The position numbers were made by a program, and so were the translations under genes. The notes under the pieces are model-generated. The model worked only from the letters and a program-made list of their open reading frames with translations. It searched no databases and had not been told where the DNA came from. Shown here one piece after another: positions 10,155 to 21,897 of a stretch of 33,453 nucleotides of DNA. The DNA comes from Psammoneis japonica (lineage: Eukaryota). The stretch spans positions 124,001 through 157,453 of the forward strand of contig QPGO01000163.1 of assembly GCA_008632985.1 (NCBI GenBank), given 5' to 3'. Within the stretch, counting starts at the first letter, position 1. Each line of letters begins with the position of its first letter.

Positions 10155-13100
10155 ATGCCTGCACTTGAAACAATGGGGCCGAAAAGCCAGTCAAGTCCTT
10201 CGCGTCTGAAGAAGTTGAAGCAAAATGCATCGAGGCCGACGCCCCACCCCTTGAACAAGCACACGAAAGAGGGTGAAGCGGAGCGACGTAGAAAGCAAAA
10301 GGAAATTGACGAAGCCAACAAATTCAAATGGAGGTGTGATCAACACAAGAAAAGCAAGAAGATTCGTGAAAAAGTCACAACTCGGGTTGACTTCGGAACG
10401 AAAACGTGCAAACGGTGTGTCACAGGGCCGGGTTGCAAGAAGGGTCACGACGACACGTGCCACAAGAATCCAAGTGCTTCAAATTACAAGCCACCAGAGA
10501 AAATTGTCATTCAAGTTCTGAAAGAGGTAGAGCCAGATTTCCTCATGGCACTGCCACAAGATTGCAGAAACAATCTCATCGCGAGGAGCCTTTTGGAAAG
10601 ATCTTTTTTCTCTTCGCCGGAGGGAAGTGCAGAAAGTGTGCAAGAAGCATTTTTCGATGCATCTGAGTCCTCAGTAGATTCTAATCCACCCAGTGACAAC
10701 AACAATTCAGTTGGGGATGCTCTCAGCAGCGTTGAATCCAAGGATGCATTGAAGCCGTTGCTGCACAAGAAAATGACTTCGTCGCATCTAAAAAAAGCGA
10801 TGCCCGCCGTGATGTCGACGTGGAGCACAAGCAAGAAAGAGCAACTCGCTCAAGACAACATAAAAGTGCCGCTTCCAATTTTGGCATTGCTGGAATTCAT
10901 TCACATGCAATGCCCAAGAGTTTGCACCGACTCCAATGGCGCCAAGAAGCTTGGTGGAGGTGAACAACGTATTTCTTGGTGCCGCGACCACTTTCCGCGT
11001 GGAAATGTTGCGTTCACGGTGCCGTTGGCGGGCAGGAAAGAAAATGAAGTTCCCGACCCAATGTGTGAGTCCATTCAAGGCTCAACAACATGTTTGACTC
11101 GGTGGGAACTGAACATGCCAGACTTGCCATTGAAGTGTTTTTCATGCAGCGACGGATTTCTGGAGCACACGAGGGTGGAGTGCGGCGGCACCAGGTTTGC
11201 AAGCAGTGCGACGCCCGTTTTCAGAATAAAAGGTCACACGGGTTGGGAGCATGGCATCACATGCAAGTGCTCTAATTGTGGAGAGCTTGTCAAGTCGTGT
11301 GATGGTAGACTGCTGCGTCATTCTCTACAAGACTGCGCACGTCGAAGCTTCCCAGCAGATCCCTTGTGTTGCTCGAAGCCATCCTTCTTCTTGCTTCACG
11401 AAGAGGTGTCCTTTCTGCTGGAGGAGGCTGCTCTAACAGAATCAAGTGCACAGTGGGTGTCACGAACGCTCTTCCGAAGTCAAAACCATCGGCACGAAGA
11501 ACTGGAACTGTCACATTGCAGCTCTGACAAGAGTTGCGAGGACAAACCTTTTCCAGACTTTCCATCAATTGAAGAGTGGCGAGGACAGTGTCCGCCATCA
11601 AGTGCTCAGTTGCTGGATCTTTGCGAAGCAGCCAACTCCTCCGATCTTGCCGCGTGTGGCGTGAGCGACGACGACCGTCACAAGAGAGAAATGCAGTCAT
11701 GCGGCTGCGAAACTTCTACAGCCTTCGATCACACCCACGCAATGTTGAGCAACTACCCATCATCACTGGGCGCTCAAGCTTGTGCCACTCAGTCAACTGA
11801 TGCGGGATTCATTACCTGGCTTGGACTTGTCGACTCTACCGCAATGTCAGACAGTGCCCACGGCATCGAGCAAACTGCAAGACGGCCAAACTTTAACCCG
11901 AAGCATGTGCACACGGATGCATGGCCCAATCTTGATCCATTCTTCAAGACAACACACGGATTTGCAATGATCGGTCGACTTGGCTTATTCCATGCAATTC
12001 AGCGCGTCACCAAGTTCATGCGGAAAGATCACAAGGATTTCAACAAAGCTCTCCGCTCTTTCTTGAGCTGCCTGTACAGTCTGAACCAAGAGGATGAAGC
12101 AGCCGTAGTGGCAACACTACGAGACGGGACAATGAATGGCCGCATCCACCAGCCTGATGAGATCTCGGATTTGCAGCACAGCAAGAAGTGGATGGACCGC
12201 TGTGGGCAGTACATCCGAAAGATTCCTGTTCCAGGAGAGCTCGCGAGGATTAAGTTGAGGGACTGGTGGTGCCTGTACAAAGTGAGCAACAGTGATGGTG
12301 AGCCAGCAGGACAAGGAGAGCTGGACAATGGAAAAACCCTGTTCATGGAAGGAGCGAGACAAGCAGTGAGAGCGTTGACGGAAAAAGCTCAGCATCTGCC
12401 AGAGATTGTTGGCGACTGCCACAAGAAACTCACCGCATCTGCCCGATCGAAACACAAACTACCGCGATACATTTCTGAAAAGGGTGAGTCTTCATTGGAG
12501 AAGTTTCACCATCTGCTAGCTCATTTTGGAAACATGGGCATGCGGCGAACGCTCGCCGACAGTTTGAACCTCCGCGGCACGTGTCGATGCAATCTCAAGC
12601 TGTGGCACAAACTATTCGGAAGAAATGCACCCGAGATCCCAAGCCATTTTCAAACTGAACCCATTCATTACAACCATCTCAAGTTGCTAGAGATCAACCG
12701 GAGGTCCGCCAAGCATGGATCCAAAGCACCGCGGCATGAGAATCTACGAGATTGCCCGGAGTGCAGGGGCGAAGAGTTTTTGTCCGAGTGCCTTTTGTCG
12801 CAAAGAAAGAGACGAGCACAATATCCACCCCATCCAACCAACAGTCGCTGCCAATGCCCCAAATGTGCTGCAAATCCGATGCCTCTTCCTCACATCCAAC
12901 GAGCCATTTCACGTGAGCAGTCGGCGGCATCTGCAGTGGCGCCAAATGAAACGGCACCTATGAACAATGACACTGGTGACTTTGACGCTGCTGAGTTTGG
13001 TGTCGACTTTGATGAGCAAGAGTATCATTCTGTGTTTGAAGACACTCCTCCTCAAGAGCAACTTCCCCAAGAAACACGAATGATCCGCGACTTCGCCGTA

Positions 13101-13475
13101 CAGGACGCCTTCCAAAGGCATCAAGAATTGAATTCCGTACCGCCTGCCCCAATCCTCCCCATGCCGGCACCAGCTCTACCATTGCTGCCTCTGCTGCCTA
13201 TTCCTGTAACAAATTTACCAATGTCATTGCAGCAACCTTTGGGCCCACCTACTATTGCGTCGTCGATGCCATATTCAACCTACTGCCAACCCGTTTCTCT
13301 TGGGACAGCGAGTTTTGCAGCATCTGCTCCTGTGCTGCCATCCGCTGTCACTCCAGCTACAAAGAGACGAAAGGTCAAAGAAGAAGAATACTGCTGTGAG
13401 GGAAGAAAAACTCATGTCGAAAATGGTCGTCGGGGGCGGGTCGCTCATACCTTGTGGTGCAACCGAGGAAAGTAA
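10155..13475 (+). CDS. Dada/DUF6729-like DDE transposase, copy 1 (frame open, but probably inactivated by Tyr->Cys/His changes)
   Basis: Zn-binding CxxC...CxxC region followed by SCDGRLL..L...ARRSFP (DUF6729-like). Candidate catalytic motifs AFDHT, HTDAWP, RLGLFH (DxxH position) and KGESSLEKFH (cf. RGxxSLExFH). N- and C-terminal Cys/His clusters. ATG at 10155 is in frame with the track ORF 9960..13475. The superfamily assignment is from motif memory only. Confidence 0.6.
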   Translation: MPALETMGPKSQSSPSRLKKLKQNASRPTPHPLNKHTKEGEAERRRKQKEIDEANKFKWRCDQHKKSKKIREKVTTRVDFGTKTCKRCVTGPGCKKGHDDTCHKNPSASNYKPPEKIVIQVLKEVEPDFLMALPQDCRNNLIARSLLERSFFSSPEGSAESVQEAFFDASESSVDSNPPSDNNNSVGDALSSVESKDALKPLLHKKMTSSHLKKAMPAVMSTWSTSKKEQLAQDNIKVPLPILALLEFIHMQCPRVCTDSNGAKKLGGGEQRISWCRDHFPRGNVAFTVPLAGRKENEVPDPMCESIQGSTTCLTRWELNMPDLPLKCFSCSDGFLEHTRVECGGTRFASSATPVFRIKGHTGWEHGITCKCSNCGELVKSCDGRLLRHSLQDCARRSFPADPLCCSKPSFFLLHEEVSFLLEEAALTESSAQWVSRTLFRSQNHRHEELELSHCSSDKSCEDKPFPDFPSIEEWRGQCPPSSAQLLDLCEAANSSDLAACGVSDDDRHKREMQSCGCETSTAFDHTHAMLSNYPSSLGAQACATQSTDAGFITWLGLVDSTAMSDSAHGIEQTARRPNFNPKHVHTDAWPNLDPFFKTTHGFAMIGRLGLFHAIQRVTKFMRKDHKDFNKALRSFLSCLYSLNQEDEAAVVATLRDGTMNGRIHQPDEISDLQHSKKWMDRCGQYIRKIPVPGELARIKLRDWWCLYKVSNSDGEPAGQGELDNGKTLFMEGARQAVRALTEKAQHLPEIVGDCHKKLTASARSKHKLPRYISEKGESSLEKFHHLLAHFGNMGMRRTLADSLNLRGTCRCNLKLWHKLFGRNAPEIPSHFQTEPIHYNHLKLLEINRRSAKHGSKAPRHENLRDCPECRGEEFLSECLLSQRKRRAQYPPHPTNSRCQCPKCAANPMPLPHIQRAISREQSAASAVAPNETAPMNNDTGDFDAAEFGVDFDEQEYHSVFEDTPPQEQLPQETRMIRDFAVQDAFQRHQELNSVPPAPILPMPAPALPLLPLLPIPVTNLPMSLQQPLGPPTIASSMPYSTYCQPVSLGTASFAASAPVLPSAVTPATKRRKVKEEEYCCEGRKTHVENGRRGRVAHTLWCNRGK

Positions 13476-13729
13476 GGCGTTCTTGGTATCTTTTTGTTTT
13501 GTTCTTTTTTCTATTTGTGTTGGTACACATCACATTACCACTTCCCAGCGTAGATGCATTAATTCAGGATTAGGATCCAACACAGTGGCAACAAACATTT
13601 TACACTTGTATAATTACACCGGTCCACCACACCAACCATTACCGTGCCGTACCGACCAACATTAACGGCACGGACAGCACGGACACCGAGGTCCCATAAA
13701 GCCGGTAGCCTGTCGCAGCCCTACAGCAG

Positions 13730-14180
13730 AAACAAAGGAATAGAAACAACAAAATTGAGAACACGACAACAAAGAAACAGACCCATGACACTCGACACAT
13801 TTCTATTACCTTATATCAATGCTTTTGGAGTGCCCTCGTGGTGCTTGTGGTTGATTGTATTAAGCAACACTGTCGGCCGAAAACAAAACAAAACACTGTC
13901 CAATTAAAAGGAATGGAAACAACAGAAATGTAGAAGGTGCCATCAAAGAAACAACCCCATCATACTCGATATATTCATATTACCTTGTCTTAATGATTTC
14001 GGTGCGTCCTCACAGTCCTTATGGTTCATTGTTAGCAGCAATCTTGTCGGCGGCAGAAAACAAAACTCAAAACACACGCTCTATTTAAACACAATAGAAA
14101 CAAAAGAAATTTAGGAGACACCAACAAAAAAATACAACCATCATACTCAACACAGTCTTTATACCTTATATCAATGCTGT
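13730..14180 (+). repeat. Diverged tandem repeat, about 2.5 units of 173-181 bp (also at about 18300-18745)
   Basis: aat[a/g]gaaacaa recurs at about 13739, 13912 and 14093, each followed by cat.a.actc.a and taccttrtmt.aatg. Confidence 0.7.
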
Positions 14181-14474
14181 TAACCCTCGTATCGTCACAG
14201 TGATGGTCGATTCATGAACGGAGCTAGTCGCCATTGTGCTGCGACGGTTCGAGGGTGGTACGGTAAGTGCGCGTGAGGATTTTTCCTACTGCATGCAGTG
14301 TCTTTTCTGTCTGTCCGTTAGCGAGTGGTCTTAAACGTTGCTGAGTCATAAATGGCTTGAAGACAAAATTATTCTTAAATGTTGCATCGTCATAATTGGG
14401 GATTGCTGAGTCATAATTCACTGAAGGCATGATGTGATTGGCTGAAAATACAGCGTACAAGAATGGGACAACGG

Positions 14475-14665
14475 NNNNNNNNNNNNNNNNNNNNNNNNNN
14501 NNNNNNNNNNNNNNNNNNNNNNNNNNNNNNNNNNNNNNNNNNNNNNNNNNNNNNNNNNNNNNNNNNNNNNNNNNNNNNNNNNNNNNNNNNNNNNNNNNNN
14601 NNNNNNNNNNNNNNNNNNNNNNNNNNNNNNNNNNNNNNNNNNNNNNNNNNNNNNNNNNNNNNNNN
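14475..14665. other. Assembly gap (191 N)
   Basis: Run of n characters. Confidence 1.
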
Positions 14666-14735
14666 CTTCACACTTCATTGACACCTTTCCTTTTCAACAA
14701 GGGTTTGTCAAGAGCCCCTTTGTGTTCTCATTGCC

Positions 14736-17700
14736 ATGCCCACACTTGAAACAATGGGGCCGAAAAGCCAGTCAAGTCCTTCGCGTCTGAAGAAGTTGAA
14801 GCAAAATGCATCGAGGCCGACGCCCCACCCCTTGAACAAGTGCACGAAAGAGGGTGAAGCGGAGCGACGTAGAAAGCAAAAGGAAATTGACGAAGCTAAC
14901 AAATTCAAATGGAGGTGCGATCAGTGCAAGAAAAGCAAGAAGATTCGTGAAAAAGTCACAACTCGGGTTGACTTCGGAACGAAAACGTGCAAACGGTGTG
15001 TCACAGGGCCGGGTTGCAAGAAGGGTCACGACGACACGTGCCATGAGAATCCAAATGCTTCAAATTACAAGCCACCAGAGAAAATTGTTGCTCAAGTTCT
15101 GAAAGAGGCAGAGCCAGATTTCCTCATGGCACTGCCACAAGATTGCACAAACAATCTCATCGCGAGGAGCCTTTTGGAAAGATCTTTTTTCTCTTCGCCG
15201 GAGGGAAGTGCAGAAAGTGCACAAGAAGCATTTTTCGATGTGTCTGAGTCCTTGGCAGATTCTAATCCACCCAGTGACAACAACAATTCAGCTGGGGATG
15301 CTCTCAGCAGCGTTGAATCCAAGGATGCATTGAAGCCGTTGCTGTGCAAGAAAATGACTGCGTCGCATCTAAAAAAAGCGACACCCGCCGTGATGTCGAC
15401 GTGGAGCACAAGCAAGAAAGAGCAACTCGCTCAAGACAACATAAAAGTGCCGCCTCCAATTTTGGCATTGCTGGAATTCATTCACATGCAATGCCCAAGA
15501 GTTTGCACCGACTCCAATGGCGCCAAGAAGCTTGGTGGAGGTGAACAACGCATTTCTTGGTGCCGCGACCACTTTCCGCGTGTGGAAATGTTGCGTTCAC
15601 GGCACCGTTGGCGGGTGGGAAAGAAAATGAAGTTCCCGACCCAACGCATGAGTCCATTCAAGGCTCAACAACATGTTTGACTCGGTGGGAACTGAACATG
15701 CCAGACTTGCCATTGAAGTGTTTTTCATGCAGCGACGGATTTCTGGAGCACACGAGGGTAGAGTGCGGCGGCACCAGGTTTGCAAGCAGTGCGACGCCCG
15801 TTTTCAGAACAAAAGGTCACATGGGTTGGAGCACGGCATCACATGCAAGTGCTCCAATTGTGGAGAGCTTGTCAAGTCGTGTGATGGTAGACTGCTGCGT
15901 TGTTCTCTACAAGACTGCGCACGTCGAAGCTTCCCAGTAGATCCCTTGTGTTGCTCGAAGCCATCCTTCTTCTTGCTTCACGAAGAGGTGTCCTTTCTGC
16001 TGGAGGAGGCTGCTCTAACAGAATCAAGTGCACAGTGGGTGTCACGAACGCTCTTCCGAAGTCAAAACCATCGGCACGAAGAACTGGAACTGTCACATTG
16101 CAGCTCTGACAAGAGTTGCGAGGACAAACCTTTTCCAGACTTTCCATCAATTGAAGAGTGGCGAGGACAGTGTCCGCCATCAAGTGCTCAGTTGCCAGAT
16201 CTTTGCAAAGCAGCCAACTCCTCCGATCTCACCGCGTGTGGCGTGAGCGACGACGACCGTCACAAGAGAGAAATGCAGTCATGCGGCTGCGAAACTTCTA
16301 CAGCCTTCGATCATACCCACGCAATGTTGAGCAACTACCCATCATCACTGGGCGCTCAAGCTTGTGCCACTCAGTCAACTGATGCGGGATTCATTGCCTG
16401 GCTTGGACTTGTCGACTCTACCGCAATGTCAGACAGTGCCCACCACATCGAGCAAACTGCAAGACGGCCAAACTTTAACCCGAAGCATGTGCACACGGAT
16501 GCATGGCCCAATCTTGATCCATTCTTCAAGATGACACACGGATTTGCAACAATCGGTCGACTTGGCTCATTCCATGCAATTCAGCCGTCACCAAGTTCAT
16601 GCGGAAAGATCACAAGGATTTCAACAAAGCTCTCTGCTCTTTCTTGAGCTGCCTGTACAGTCTGAACCAAGAGGATGAAGCAGCCGTAGTGGCAACACTG
16701 CGAGACGGGACAATGAATGGCCGCATCCACCAGCCTGATGAGATCTCGGATTTGCAGCACAGCAAGAAGTGGATGGACCGCTGTGGGCAGTGCATCCGAA
16801 AGATTCCTGTTCCAGGAGAGCTCGCGAGGATTAAGTTGAGGGACTGGTGGTGCCCACACAAAGTGAGCAACAGTGATGGTGAGCCAGCAGGACAAGGAGA
16901 GCTGGACAATGGAAAAACCCTGTTCATGGAAGGAGCGAGACAAGCAGTGAGAGCGTTGACGGAAAAAGCTCAGCATCTGCCAGAGATTGTTGGCGACTGC
17001 TGCAAGAAACTCACCGCATCTGCCCGATCGAAACACAAACTACCGCGACACATTTCTGAAAAGGGCGAGTCTTCATTGGAGAAGTTTCACCATCTGCTGG
17101 CTCATTTTGGAAACATGGGCATGTGGCGAACGCTCGCCGACAGTTTGAACCTCCGCGGCACGTGTCGATGCAATCTCAAGCTGTGGCACAAACCATTCGG
17201 AAGAAATGCACCCGAGATCCCAAGCCATTTTCAAACTGAACCCATTCATTGCAACCATCTCAAGTTGCTAGAGATCAACCGGAGGTCCGCCAAGCATGGA
17301 TCCAAAGCACCGCGGCATGAGAATCTACGAGATTGCCCGGAGTGCAGGGCGAAGAGTTTTTGTCCGAGCACCTTTTGTCGCAAAGAAAGAGACGAGCACA
17401 ACATCCACCCCATCCAACCAACAGTCGCTGCCAATGCCCCAAATGTGCTGCAAATCCGATGCCTCTTCCTCACATCCAACGAGCCATTTCACGTGAGCAG
17501 TCGGCGGCATCTGCAGTGGCGCCAAATGAAACGGCACCTGTGAACAATGACACTGGTGACTTGACGCTGCTGAGTTTGGTGTGACTTTGATGAGCAAGAG
17601 TGTCATTCTGTGTTTGAAGACACTCCTCCTCAAGAGCAACTTCCCCAAGAAACACGAATGATCCGCGACTTCGCCACACAGGACGCCTTCCAAAGGCACC

Positions 17701-18050
17701 AAGAATTGAATTCCGTGCCGCCTGCCCCAATCCTCCCCATGCCGGCACCAGCTCTGCCATTGCTGCCTCTGCTGCCTGTTCCTGCAACAAATTGCCAATG
17801 TCATTGCAGCAACCTTTGGGCCCACCCTGTTGCGTCGTCGATGCCATGTTCAACCTGCTGCCAACCCGTTTCTCTTGGGACAGCGAGTTTTGCAGCATCT
17901 GCTCCTGTGCTGCCATCCGCTGTCACTCCAGCTACAAAGAGACGAAAGGTCAAAGAAGAAGAACACTGCTGTGAGGGAAGAAAAAATCATGTCGAAAATG
18001 GTCGTCGGGGGCGGGTCACTCATGCCTTGTGGTGCAACCGAGGAAAGTAA
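14736..18050 (+). pseudogene. Dada/DUF6729-like transposase, copy 2, frameshifted
   Basis: Same protein as copy 1, split over ORFs 14736..15680, 15557..15940, 15673..16647, 16599..17543, 17333..17584 and 17610..18050. Small indels near 15580, 15830, 16585, 17347, 17560 and 17790. Confidence 0.85.
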
Positions 18051-20647
18051 GGCGTTCTTGGCATCTTTTTGTTTTGTTCTTTTTTCCATTTGTGTTGGTG
18101 CACATCACATTGCCACTTCCCAGTGGATGCATTAATTCAGGATTAGGATCCAACACAGTGGCAACAAACATTTTACACTTGTACAATTACACCGGTCCAC
18201 CACACCAACCATTGCCGCACCGCACCGACCAACATTACGGCACGGACAGCACGGACACCGAGGTCCCATAAAGTCCGGCAGCCTGTCGCAGCAGAAAACA
18301 AAGGAACAGAAACAACAAAATTGAGAACACGACAACAAAGAAACAGACCCATGACACTCGACACATTTCTGTTACCTTACATCAATGCTTTTGGAGTGCC
18401 CTCGTGGTGCTTGTGGTTGATTGCATCAAGCAACACTGTCGGCCGAAAACAAAACAAAACACTGTCCAATTAAAAGGAATGGAAACAACAGAAATGTAGA
18501 AGGTGCCATCAAAGAAACAACCCCATCATACTCGACACATTCATATTACCTTGTCTTAATGATTTCGGTGCGTCCTCACAGTCCTTATGGTTCATTGTTA
18601 GCAGCAATCTTGTCGGCGGCAGAAAACAAAACTCAAAACACACGCTCCATTTAAACACAATGGAAACAAAAGAAATTTAGGAGACACCAACAAAAAAATA
18701 CAACCATCATACTCAACAAGTCTTTATACCTTATATCAATGCTGTCAACCCTCGTATCGTCACAGTGATGGTCGATTCATGAACGGAGCTAGTCGCCATT
18801 GTGCTGCGACGGTTCGAGGGTGGTACGGTAAGTGCGCGTGAGGATTTTTCTACTGCATGCAGTGTCTTTTCTGTCTGTCCGTTAGCGAGTGGTCTTAAAC
18901 GTTGCTGAGTCATAAATGGCTTGAAGACAAAATTATTCTTAAATGTTGCATCGTCATAATTGGGGATTGCTGAGTCATAATTCACTGAAGGCATGATGTG
19001 ATTGGCTGAAAATACAGCGTACAAGAATGGGACAACGGAAAGACCTCAAACATAAAGTTTATTAAAGACTAAATAACATATAAATTTGGGTGTTCGCAAA
19101 GATTTGACTAGTTGGACTGCTCAGTTTTTGGTTGTCTCGGCGAAACATCGTTCCGCTGCGACCTGCTCAACAACGACGTCTCAGTAGCTCGACAAATCAT
19201 CAAAAACGAATCAAGCACACTAAGACGCGTCAAATGGTAGTAATTTGTTGAGCCACTGAACCGAATTGACGAAGAAATGATGATTTGCAGTGACGCCTTC
19301 ATGTCTTCGTCGACACGACAAATGATGATGCCATGCACGATCGATGGAAGGCAGATGGAACATTGGCTCCGACATGTTCAACTTCACGGTTGACTTGATG
19401 ACTCTCTATCATCATGCAAGGTGGGAACTTTTTGCAGTGCGATGTCTCAAAACATGAACTTTGCTGCGTGCCCTCACTCAATTTGTGCACGTTGAGTGAA
19501 GAGCAAATTGACATTTGGGCCAATGGCATGGCCCCCATTGACAAGGTTCTCCTGAACGTGCCACCAAGAAGTGCACCTCTTCCGGGGCAGCTGAAGCAGG
19601 TGGCAATGAGGAGTGAGAAATGAAGTTTTTGCTGGTTTTGCTGGTTGCGACTGCAGTGAGTTTTGTCTGTGGAATGTTGGCATTGTTTGCATTGCTGCAG
19701 TTTGGTTTGTCTGGTTAAAGAACCATCTGAGGGTGGGCAAACAAACAGAGTTCATGGTTGCATCTTGCTTGATGCAGTGCTGTAAGGTTCCAAATGACAT
19801 TGGAAGCATCAGAGCAAACTGCATCATCAAAAGCAAAGTCATGGGCCGCTCGTCACTTGGTGCAGTCGTAGTTCGAGAATGCTGTTCACCACCACATGCC
19901 ACACTCGGTTTGTCACAAGCAATTCATGCTGGATGGATTTGATCTGTGCCACATGCTCAATGACAAGACTAGCTGCTCAAGCTTGATGAGAAGAAGCACT
20001 TCAAGTTCAGAGTTGATCTTGAGCTCCATGCCCAAGGGCTCCAACCAGGAGATTTGCTGCTGTGTTAAAAACCATTCTCCTGAAACAATGCGAGGAATTA
20101 AAAGGAACGAGTGTCAGCAGCAGGATTGGCATCAATGCAAAAAGTTCTTTGAAAAAATTTCATCCTCTGTGTCCACTGACATTCAATGTGCAGTGCTGAA
20201 CAATGCACAATCCTCTTCTGCCTGCACTTGCCTTGTTGCTGCCGTGTTGTCGATGGTGGCGATTTAGTCTCTTGGTGATTGTGCCCGTTGCTCATCATCT
20301 TCTCCTCATGTCGTTGCATTGAGCATTGTTGGGTTGATTGATGAGTGATGACAGCACGAGAGTGAAGCCGACATTTTAGTTGGCAGAAAATTTACATTGA
20401 ACATTCATTTTGAATGCACTCTCATGATGGGGTCTTTCAGCACAAAGTTGGAGCCAAGGGATTGACACTAAAGTCTGGGAGCACAGCAAATGGAAGACAA
20501 ACAGAACGCCAGTGCATTTTCTGTGCACTGTGACTTCCGGGTTCTTGCCGACTGTCGTGTGGAGTGCAAGTCACGATTGGTGAGTCGTGGGCAAAAATGT
20601 CTGAAATCTGTCCTTTTGAGAACGAAACAACACGGTGAAGCACGGGG

Positions 20648-20812
20648 CACCATGGCGCTCTTTGGATGCCATCATCTCAAAATCTAATGGGGCGCACGAC
20701 TGTGTCTTGAGCGCAACTCAGCTTTGTAGATAAAATTGTGCCCATTGGCCATGCGACGCTTTCACGCACCCCATTAGATTTGAGATCATGGCGTCCAAAG
20801 AGCGCCATGGTG
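20648..20812. mobile_element. 165-bp hairpin/MITE-like element with about 51-bp inverted arms
   Basis: caccatggcgctctttggatgccatcatctcaaaatctaatgggg ... ccccattagatttgagatcatggcgtccaaagagcgccatggtg. No clear TSD. Confidence 0.7.
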
Positions 20813-21501
20813 AAGTGATTTTGATGTTTTCTGGCTCAGCAGAGATTTCCTTGTAGAAATCCAGTGCAATCACACGCAGAAATTCAAAAATCTCTCGGGT
20901 GCACATCACAAACTGTTGCTTTTCAACAACATTGCTGTTCATCAACGTTTGGGGTGTTGAATGATGGGAGATGGGAGCGAAAGGTCCAGTGCTCATGGAT
21001 GACACTTCCTCAAGTGGACAAATGAAAAGCTGTTGGTTTGAACGTCCTTTACATGCGATTGTCATTTTTTACAACATTGTCAAGACTGTTCTTTCTCTGA
21101 ATGTCACAGCAGCAAGCACACCAACACATGTGCACACACTTGGAGACAAATGGATGCTTCACCCCCACTCAGCCAAGTTGAGCTTGGAAGCTCCCTTTTT
21201 GTTGCCAGACATGAACCTTCTTCTTCAACAACCTTGCTTGCATGCTGTCGAACTGCAATGTGCAGCACCCACTGGTTCAGTGTCATCATCATCGATGCAT
21301 CGTGACCCCTTGCACAAAACACATCTTGCAATGACAAGGTGGACGCGCTGCGCCCGCGTTGTCGGGAGCAAGTGCTGCTCCGATTGACGCATCATTTGCT
21401 CATTTCAACCACAGTGAAGTTCAACATTCTTGAGCACTTCTAAACAAACTTGACGGATTGCCATCCACGAGTCGAATGGGTTGAGCAACACTGGCACGAA
21501 C

Positions 21502-21897
21502 GACGCGTTCCAGACGCAGGTGGGAATCCGTGTGACATTGGGCCCGCAGACTTCTACGTGTGAGTTCCGCAGTAAAATCATGCGGTGATTAAAGTGTCAA
21601 TGATCGCCAACAGAAAATGAGGCAATTTTGCGAACACACAAACTCGCCCATGATTGAAGCACATCATTTTTTACTTGGCCAGTTGCACTCTTCAGACATT
21701 GAAGAATGCAACTGGCACATTGTTGTTTCTATAAATTTGTCACATAAAACGTCTGGGGCTTCGCAAAACAGCGAGTCTGGACAATTTTTTTTAAATGTCA
21801 CACGTAGAAATCTACATGCGAAACATGCGACGGATGACAAAAATCATTTGTGTCACACGTCAGTGCTGCAAGCTCCCACCCAGGGCTGGAATGCGTC
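21502..21897. mobile_element. MITE family copy A (396 bp), 4-bp TSD GAAC
   Basis: gaac|gacgcgttccag..ggtggga ... tcccacccagggctggaatgcgtc|gaac. Confidence 0.85.

Larger units (their letters stand above)
10085..19038 (+). repeat. About 4.4-kb direct duplication (10085-14474 vs 14666-19038) separated by the assembly gap
   Basis: Collinear and highly similar from cttcatgcttcatcgatg / cttcacacttcattgaca through gaatgggacaacgg. Confidence 0.95.

Noticed and set aside
14224..14460. Short minus-strand ORF as a real gene
   Set aside because: No ATG start or recognisable domain, and its frame differs in the second copy.
10085..19038. Classical fungal RIP (CpA->TpA) as the cause of the copy differences
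   Set aside because: RIP enriches TA and creates stops; here TA is depleted, frames stay open and conserved Tyr residues are lost.
20648..20812. CACTA element with termini mutated to CACCA..TGGTG
   Set aside because: Plausible under TA loss, but the flanking 3-mers (ggg / aag) do not form a TSD.
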